This document shows, piece after piece, positions 19,632-25,914 of a stretch of DNA of 32,000 nt. Within the stretch, counting starts at the first letter, position 1; each line of letters begins with the position of its first letter. The stretch is from assembly GCF_000009965.1 (NCBI RefSeq), contig NC_006624.1, positions 1,260,001 through 1,292,000 of the forward strand, in the 5' to 3' direction. The notes below the pieces were generated by a model that was not told the DNA's origin, made no database searches, and was given only the letters and a program-made list of their open reading frames with translations. Both the position numbers and the translations under genes were made by a program. The stretch is from Thermococcus kodakarensis KOD1 (GTDB lineage Archaea; Methanobacteriota_B; Thermococci; Thermococcales; Thermococcaceae).

Positions 19632-19661
19632 CTATTTTCAGTTTTTTACATTATTCATTAA

Positions 19662-19690
19662 TCAACTCATCAACTCATCTTTATAAATTT
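19662..19690 (-). promoter_or_regulatory. Promoter region of the secreted-protein gene: tandem 8-mer (TCAACTCA x2, 19662-19677) abutting a TTTATAAA box
   Basis: The plus strand reads TCAACTCATCAACTCATCTTTATAAATTT. On the minus strand that is AAATTTATAAAGATGAGTTGATGAGTTGA. A second A/T box (ATTAATGAATAAT, complement of about 19648-19660) lies at the canonical ~37 nt from GTG 19622. Confidence 0.4.
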
Positions 19691-19897
19691 TTCCTCTTAC
19701 TTAACATAAGAACTCTTTCTTTTTTCAAATATTAATTAGTTCCAAGTTGAATTTTTAGTTTAGAACGAATCAAAAGAAGGTCAGGTCAAAGAATTGCCCG
19801 GAAATGCAAAAGTTGAACCATGGAAGCAGAGATGTATTTCAATGGAGCCTTAAGCCACTATCATAAGAACTCAGAATTAAAGGAAGGGGGAGAAAAA

Positions 19898-20482
19898 TCA
19901 CTTACCCTTACCCTGGTGGGCTCTTATGCTGGGCCTGACCTTCTCGGCGCCCTTACCCTTGTTGAGCAGGCCGCGGCTCCTCTTACCAGCGCTGGTCAGA
20001 CCGCGGAAGACCCTGCCCTTGTGGGCCTTGCCGGCTATCCAGGCGATCTTCGGGTCGCTCTTGATGACCGGGTGGTGCGGGTCAACCATTATGACCTCAA
20101 ACCACTTGTACATACCATCCTCGCCGACCCAGTAGGAGTTGAGAACCTCAAGGTTCGGGAACTTCCTAGCGGCCTTCTCCTCGGCTATCCACTGGAGGCT
20201 CTTCTTCGGTGAGTACTTGACCATACCCATCTTGCTCGGCTTCCTTCCGCCCTTCCACCTGGGCCTCTTCCTTCCGCCCCTCCTAACGCGGACGCGGACA
20301 ACAACGTAGCCCTGCTTGGCCTGGTAGCCGAGGCTCCTGGCCCTGTCAAGCCTCGTCGGCCTCTCGATCCTCTTAACTACCGGGTCCCTCCTCCACTGGA
20401 TCATCCTCTTCTTGAGGAGCTCTCCCACGTAGCTCTTCTTCGGGCTCTTCCAGGCTTCCCTAATGTACTTGTACATTCCCAT
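19898..20482 (-). CDS. rpl15e: 50S ribosomal protein L15e
   Basis: [34 protein letters not shown]...[17 protein letters not shown] is the unmistakable L15e sequence, 194 aa. The ATG at 20482 is preceded by GAGGTGAACGAG. The 15-codon track extension is unsupported. Confidence 0.95.
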
Positions 20483-20609
20483 CTCGTTCACCTCTTCCCT
20501 GTTTGTGGTTCTCCCTTCCGGGAACATCCCGCGGGTCTGCCCCGCCTAGTCGGTCGTGGTTCGAGGGTGAGTTTTTAAGGGTTGCGGAATACCAGAACCG
20601 GTGGTGTCC

Positions 20610-21680
20610 ATGCGCATAGAAAAACTGGCTGCCCTGATGGAAGAAAAGGGCTTCAGCGGGGCTCTTGTAAGCCCCGGAGCGAACTTCTACTACCTCACAG
20701 GCCTTCACATCCATGAAGCGGGCGAGAGGCTGACGGTTCTTGCGGTCAACCCTGATGGGGAGTATCACATCCTCGCCCCGAGCCTCTATCAGAACGTCAT
20801 AAAGGACTTTCCCGTTACGTTCTGGAGGGACGGCGAGAACCCGTACTCAAAGCTCGGGACGATAATGAAAGAGCTTGGAATCGGCGGGAAAGTTTTGGTC
20901 GAGAACACCATGCGCGCTGACTGGCTCATCGGGATTTTCCACAGCGACAACCGCTTCGATCCCTATCCCCTCAACGTGCTGATGAGGGAACTGAGAATGC
21001 GGAAGGACAAGGAGGAGCTTAAGCTTATGCAGAAGGCCGCCGAAGTGGCAGACAGGGTGTTCGAGGAAATACTGAGCTGGGACATCGTTGGAATGACCGA
21101 GAAGGAATTAGCTCTCAAGATAGAACTCAGGATAAGGGAGCTCAGCGACGGAATCTCCTTCCAGCCGATAGTGGCGAGCGGTGAGAACGGGGCGAACCCC
21201 CACCACGAGCCGGGCAACAGGAAGATACGCAAAGGGGACATGGTGATCCTCGACTACGGAGCGAGATGGAAGGGCTACTGCTCGGACATAACTAGGACAG
21301 TAGCCATCGGAAAGCCCGATGAAAAACTCCTCGAGATATACAGGATAGTGAAAGAAGCGCAGGAAGACGCCTTCCAGAGCGTCAGAGAAGGGATAAAGGC
21401 AAAAGAAGTTGACAGAGCCGCGAGGGAGACGATATCAAAAGCCGGCTATGGGGAGTACTTCACCCACAGAACCGGGCACGGCCTCGGTCTTGACGTTCAT
21501 GAGGAACCATACATAGGACCGGATGGGGAAGTCGTCCTTAAAAACGGCATGACCTTCACAATAGAACCCGGGATATACCTTCCAGGCCTCGGAGGAGTCA
21601 GAATTGAGGACGACGTCGCTGTCATCAACGGCAGAGGAAAGAGACTGACCAGAGCGGACAGGGAGCTGGTGATCCTCTGA
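20610..21680 (+). CDS. pepQ: Xaa-Pro dipeptidase (prolidase), M24B family
   Basis: The metal-ligand blocks are in order: VILDYGARWKGYCSDITRT, HRTGHGLG, FTIEPGIY, VRIEDDV. The ATG at 20610 lies 3 nt after GGTGGTG. TATA-like TTTTTAA lies at 20572-20578. Confidence 0.9.
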   Translation: MRIEKLAALMEEKGFSGALVSPGANFYYLTGLHIHEAGERLTVLAVNPDGEYHILAPSLYQNVIKDFPVTFWRDGENPYSKLGTIMKELGIGGKVLVENTMRADWLIGIFHSDNRFDPYPLNVLMRELRMRKDKEELKLMQKAAEVADRVFEEILSWDIVGMTEKELALKIELRIRELSDGISFQPIVASGENGANPHHEPGNRKIRKGDMVILDYGARWKGYCSDITRTVAIGKPDEKLLEIYRIVKEAQEDAFQSVREGIKAKEVDRAARETISKAGYGEYFTHRTGHGLGLDVHEEPYIGPDGEVVLKNGMTFTIEPGIYLPGLGGVRIEDDVAVINGRGKRLTRADRELVIL

Positions 21681-21743
21681 AGTTACCCCTACAGTTATTT
21701 TCAAAAAGGCCAAAAATAGAGCAGAATCAAAGGCGCTGAGAGA

Positions 21744-22337
21744 CTATTCCTCCTCTATCTGCTCTCCTTCTTCACCTCTTTCATTGGACAGCTCTCTGAG
21801 TCTGTCAATACCAGAGCCAACGGCTATGAGCACGTCCCCCTCCTCGATGGTCTCATCCTTTGAAGGGTTGTATATGTACCTTCCGCCCCTCTTGATGGCG
21901 ATGAGCCTGACTCCGACCTTGGTCGGGAGCTTAAGCTGCTTGAGGGGCTTTCCTATGAGTATTGAACCTTTGTTAACCTTTATCCGGCCTATTTCCTCAT
22001 CGACGTCGTGCATTATCTTCCTGATGATGGGGTGAGGCTCCACGTCCCTAAGAACGAGGTCGGCGATCTCGTAGGCCGAATCACTTATCTGCTCGTTTAT
22101 GGTCGCCATCTCTATGACGCTGAGTAGTTTTTCAGGATTTTCTTCGTGCTTCGCAGCTCTAAGGGCGAGCTTTTTGACCCTCAGTGTCAGCTCGTCCATC
22201 TTTTCCTCAAGGATGTAGACCTCGTCAGCTATGTCCTCGCTGTCGTACATGACGGCCGAAAACGCGAGGTCGACCATGAGTGATGAAAGGTTCTTCATCT
22301 CGATGAGGCAGTTCCGTATTTCCTCAAGCTCTTTCAT
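21744..22337 (-). CDS. PhoU-like helical domain plus TrkA-C (RCK_C) domain regulatory protein (COG0490-like), paralogue 2
   Basis: 197 aa. The N-terminal helical bundle is LIEMKNLSSLMVDLAFSAVMYDSEDIADEV. The C-terminal RCK_C pattern is GKPLKQLKLPTKVGVRLIAIKRGGRYIYNPSKDETIEEGDVLIAVGS. It overlaps the upstream paralogue by 14 nt. Confidence 0.8.
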   Translation of the reverse strand: MKELEEIRNCLIEMKNLSSLMVDLAFSAVMYDSEDIADEVYILEEKMDELTLRVKKLALRAAKHEENPEKLLSVIEMATINEQISDSAYEIADLVLRDVEPHPIIRKIMHDVDEEIGRIKVNKGSILIGKPLKQLKLPTKVGVRLIAIKRGGRYIYNPSKDETIEEGDVLIAVGSGIDRLRELSNERGEEGEQIEEE

Positions 22338-22941
22338 CGCCTACCACCCTTATGACTCCCCTGGCTATCTCCTTCAGGTGCTCAACGGAGGTGTGAGTGC
22401 CCCTGCCGATCAAAACGTCTCCGGGCTTTATCTTGAAGTCGCCGTCAGGGGCTATTATCCATCTCTTGCCCCTTCTCACCGCTATTATCCAGACCCCAGT
22501 ATTGCTTGCCAGGGCCAGCTCTCCCAGAGTCCTGCCCACGAGGACGGAGTCAGGCTTTACCTGGATCTTCGCTATTATCTCCTCACTCTCGAGTATTGCC
22601 TCCGTGATAACGGGGTGAAGCTCAAGGCCCTCAAGCACCATCTTGGCGAGATCCCCTGCGGCGTTGGAGATGTCCTCTATGGAGTTTGCCATCTGGAGAA
22701 CTGAAGTTATCTGTTCTGCCTCTTTGGGATTCCTAGCGGCAAGAACGGCGTGGGTCATGAGGTGGTAGTTAAGGAGATCCATCCTCTCCTCCAGGTCCAG
22801 CACCTCTTCGGCAATCTCCTTGTCGTTGAAGAGCACGGCACTGTAGGCGAGGTCAACCATGAGCTCGACGATGTTCTTCATCTCGATGAATATCTCCTTC
22901 ACGCTCTTGGGCCGATACTCAAACTCCTCAAAGTCCTCCAT
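22324..22941 (-). CDS. PhoU-like helical domain plus TrkA-C (RCK_C) domain regulatory protein (COG0490-like), paralogue 1
   Basis: Same two-domain layout (FIEMKNIVELMVDLAYSAVLFNDKEIAEEV; GRTLGELALASNTGVWIIAVRRGKRWIIAPDGDFKIKPGDVLIGRGT). The ATG at 22941 is preceded by AGGAGGAG. The track GTG at 22974 would add a GPKKGRRRKR tail and cannot be excluded. Confidence 0.78.
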   Translation of the reverse strand: MEDFEEFEYRPKSVKEIFIEMKNIVELMVDLAYSAVLFNDKEIAEEVLDLEERMDLLNYHLMTHAVLAARNPKEAEQITSVLQMANSIEDISNAAGDLAKMVLEGLELHPVITEAILESEEIIAKIQVKPDSVLVGRTLGELALASNTGVWIIAVRRGKRWIIAPDGDFKIKPGDVLIGRGTHTSVEHLKEIARGVIRVVGDERA

Positions 22942-22994
22942 TCTTTTTCTCCTCCTGCCCTTCTTAGGCCCCACCTCTTTAATCTTTTTCGGGG

Positions 22995-24182
22995 CTAGAC
23001 GATCATGTGGGCAACGGCAACGATAAAGAGGGTGGAGATTATGTCGGCTATGGTCGTTATCGTGGGCACGGTGGCGTTGTCCGGGTCGAGGCCGGTCCTG
23101 TCAAAGATTATTGCCATGAAGTAGGCCATCCACATCACGCCGAAGATGAGGATCGGATAGAGAACCAGGAAAGGCTTTACCAGACCCACTCTGGCTCCAA
23201 GGGTCACCTTCACAACGAGGATGGCTATGATGTTGGCCAGCAAACCCAGCAGCGCACCCACAGCGCTGTAAACGAGGATCTCAACCAGAATCTTTCTGTT
23301 GAGGAAGCCTTCCAGCTCTCCGAGGTGGATCCTTGTGGATGTTTTTGTACCGATTATCGCGCCCAGGTTGCCGGTTGTGGCCAGGACGGCAGGATACATG
23401 ACGCTGAATATCACCGAGGCGTAGATCAGCCCGCTGTAAGTCTCAAGGAGGCCTCCTGAGACGCTAGACAGGAGTGCTAGGGCACCCACAACCCCAAGTA
23501 CTTCTGCGAGCACTCTCCTATCGCTTTTCTCTATCTTTGAGAACTTGGCGAGCAGTCCGAGGAGAACCAGCCCCGCCGCGAAGAGGGCGTAGAACTCAAC
23601 TGAAAATTTTTCATAGAGGAGCATAAAGCTGACGAGGAGGGGAACGGTTATCAGGTCGGCGGCGGAAGTGACTATGGGGGCCGCTACGGCATCAGGGTCA
23701 ATCTCATGTTTGAAGGGGATTATCGTTGCGAGGGCCGTTATGTAGCCGAGCACTATGCCGGCAAAAACAGTCGAGGCTATGATTATGAGCAGAACGGCAA
23801 TCGCTATCTCGAGGCTCCTTATTTTAATCGCACCTATGCTCCAGAGTATCAGAACTGGGACGAGAGAGAGGATGATTGAGATAAAAACGTTTTTCGTGAC
23901 GTTTCTGTCTTTGATTGTAGGTGTCATTTCACCAAGATGGAGCATTGTAGTGAAGCGGGAGGCAAGCGAGCCGTAGATGTTTCCCCTGAGCCCCATGAGG
24001 CCGGGAAGAATAACGAGGATTATGGGGTATTCGTTCATAATCTTGTCGAAGAACTTACCTAGAAAAGCTCCCGCGAAGAAGTCCAGCAGGAGGCACAGCA
24101 GGAGCGCTGGAAACGAAGCGAGCATTACTTCCCTTATGAACTCCCTGAACTCCTCTGATATCCAAGCGCGGACTACTGCCAT
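22995..24182 (-). CDS. MgtE/SLC41-like divalent-cation transporter: membrane domain only, internally duplicated
   Basis: About 395 aa and all hydrophobic. There are two repeats. Each has a G-N-x-x-G block (LRGNIYGSLASRF; TGNLGAIIGTKTSTRI) and a DPD...P..T...AD block (IDPDAVAAPIVTSAADL; LDPDNATVPTITTIADI). Candidate starts are ATG 24182 (8 nt after GGAGGG), ATG 24188 and GTG 24191. Confidence 0.82.
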   Translation of the reverse strand: MAVVRAWISEEFREFIREVMLASFPALLLCLLLDFFAGAFLGKFFDKIMNEYPIILVILPGLMGLRGNIYGSLASRFTTMLHLGEMTPTIKDRNVTKNVFISIILSLVPVLILWSIGAIKIRSLEIAIAVLLIIIASTVFAGIVLGYITALATIIPFKHEIDPDAVAAPIVTSAADLITVPLLVSFMLLYEKFSVEFYALFAAGLVLLGLLAKFSKIEKSDRRVLAEVLGVVGALALLSSVSGGLLETYSGLIYASVIFSVMYPAVLATTGNLGAIIGTKTSTRIHLGELEGFLNRKILVEILVYSAVGALLGLLANIIAILVVKVTLGARVGLVKPFLVLYPILIFGVMWMAYFMAIIFDRTGLDPDNATVPTITTIADIISTLFIVAVAHMIV

Positions 24183-24615
24183 TTCCATCACCCTCCATTG
24201 CCGCTTCCCTCCTTTGGAACACTGTTTGCTATCACCTCAACTTTTTTCAGGGCGTATAAAAACGTTTTGTCGCTTTCATATTGAATTTTAGGCCAGTAGA
24301 TAGCCCACACAGCCCCCTAAGTTTGACTGTTCAGCGTATTTGACTGATTATTGCCACCTTCTGAACCATAGGCGAATGTCCCAATAAGATTGGTTTGGCC
24401 AACCAAAAGGGCAGTAGAGAACAATCAAACCCATCCAAATTTCTGTTCCAGCTCGGTCCTCAGCGTTCCATTTAATTAAACTACTTGTTTTTTAATGTCT
24501 TTAGCCCAACAAAGCTCAAAACCATTCTTAAACATTTGAAACGTGCGTTTCAGGGGCTTTTTCACCGTGTCCCTAAAATAGGAGTTCAGTACTACACACT
24601 ATCGAGGTGACGGCC

Positions 24616-25809
24616 ATGAGGTGGCTGAAGGTATGGTTGATAATAGGCCTCCTGCTGGGAAGCATAGTCCCGGCAGGGATGGCACTTGCAGACGAGGCCG
24701 GGACGGCCCCACTGCCGCCGGAGATTCAGGACAACAGTACCACCGAGACGCAGGTTGTAGCAGAACACATAGTCTCCGCCCTTGAGAGGCTCCACAATGT
24801 AACATCAACGATAATTGAGAAGGCAAACGTCAGCGAGAACTCAACGGTCTTCGAGCACTACCAGAAGGCAGAGGAGTACCGTGAGGCTGCCATCCAGGAC
24901 TACCAGAATGGAAACTACGAGGGTGCAATAGCAAACGGCATCCTTGCCATGAGGCACTACAAGGTTATCCTCGAGAAGGTCAAGAACGTGAGAAACGATG
25001 TCGGGGAGAGGCTCCAGGAGGAGCTCAGGAGGATGCAGGGCTATTTCATGGCTGCTGAGAAGACCATCAGAAAGGCCCAGGAAGAAGGGATAGACGTTGG
25101 AGACGCACCCCAGCTCCTTAATCAGACAAAGGAAGCCTACAGGCAGGTCATGGAAGACATAAAGAACAAAGACATTGAGAAAGCCAAGGAAGACCTAGCG
25201 GTAGCAAGGGAGCTCAAGAAGGGGCTCGATGAGAAACTGGTGGAGATAAGGAAGGAGCTCGCCTACGCAAACGCTGACAAAATAGTAAACGCTTTCCTCA
25301 GAAGGGGGGAGAACGCAATGAAGTTCGCCCAGAGAGTCATAGAGAAGGCAAATGCTAGCGGTAGAAACGTTACTGAGCTCCAGGAGATGCTGGAAGAGTT
25401 CCAGGCAGTCTACGAGCAAGTCAAGGAGTTGGCCGACCAGGGCAACTACACGGAAGCGCTCGACGTTATAACCGCCAACAAGGAGACAATAGGAAAGTTC
25501 CACAAGGCCATTGAACTGACCAAGAGGAAGATCCACGAAGTTGAAGTCAAGGAAAAGATAAAGAACATGGCCAAGCTCATCGGAGAGCTCAACGAGCGCA
25601 TTGGAAAGGACGCAAGGGCACTCGCTGAGCCCCACAGAAAGGGAGTTGACACCAGGACCGCCCAGCTCAAGCTCAAGACAGCAGCCCAGGAGGTTCGCCT
25701 CAGCGCGGAGCTCCTCAAGCGCGGAAAGAAAGCCGAGGCCAAGGCCCACCTGCTCATAGCCCTCGACCTGCTCGAAGACGTTGAGAGCTTCATAGTTAAG
25801 CACGCCTGA
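24616..25809 (+). CDS. Secreted all-alpha helical-repeat protein with many N-glycosylation sequons, function unknown
   Basis: The ATG at 24616 lies 6 nt after GAGGTGA (24603-24609). TATA-like CTAAAATA is centred about 38 nt upstream. The signal peptide is MRWLKVWLIIGLLLGSIVPAGMALA-DEAG. There are about four helical repeats of 85-90 aa (IIEKANVSEN.., TIRKAQEEGIDV.., VIEKANASGRNV.., ..HRKGVDT..). Sequons: NST, NVT, NVS, NST, NQT, NAS, NVT, NYT. Confidence 0.8.
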   Translation: MRWLKVWLIIGLLLGSIVPAGMALADEAGTAPLPPEIQDNSTTETQVVAEHIVSALERLHNVTSTIIEKANVSENSTVFEHYQKAEEYREAAIQDYQNGNYEGAIANGILAMRHYKVILEKVKNVRNDVGERLQEELRRMQGYFMAAEKTIRKAQEEGIDVGDAPQLLNQTKEAYRQVMEDIKNKDIEKAKEDLAVARELKKGLDEKLVEIRKELAYANADKIVNAFLRRGENAMKFAQRVIEKANASGRNVTELQEMLEEFQAVYEQVKELADQGNYTEALDVITANKETIGKFHKAIELTKRKIHEVEVKEKIKNMAKLIGELNERIGKDARALAEPHRKGVDTRTAQLKLKTAAQEVRLSAELLKRGKKAEAKAHLLIALDLLEDVESFIVKHA

Positions 25810-25810
25810 T

Positions 25811-25832
25811 ATTCTTTATTCTCTTTATTCAA
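25811..25832 (+). terminator. T-rich terminator region after the helical-repeat gene (tandem CTTTATT x2)
   Basis: ATTCTTTATTCTCTTTATTCAA starts right after the TGA at 25807-25809. CTTTATT occurs at 25814-25820 and 25823-25829. A short GGGG/CCCC hairpin follows at about 25837-25854. Confidence 0.4.
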
Positions 25833-25870
25833 TTCAGGGGAAGTTAAAGCCCCCAGTATGTCTGTCCAGC

Positions 25871-25882
25871 AAAACTTATATC
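25871..25882 (+). promoter_or_regulatory. BRE/TATA promoter of the restriction-modification gene
   Basis: AAAACTTATATC. Its centre is about 37 nt upstream of GTG 25915. That implies a leader of about 10 nt carrying the GGTGA SD (25904-25908). Confidence 0.45.
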
Positions 25883-25914
25883 CCCTTGCTTTTCAGTATT
25901 TCTGGTGAAGAACT

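Noticed and set aside
19636-19680. Minus-strand UGAUGA ... CUGA pair (GAUGAGUUGAUGAGUUGAUUAAUGAAUAAUGUAAAAAACUGA), considered as a C/D sRNA.
   Set aside because: Only 25 nt separate the boxes, too short for two guides. The sequence is extremely A/U-rich for a hyperthermophile RNA. It coincides with the promoter and leader of the 18576-19631 gene.
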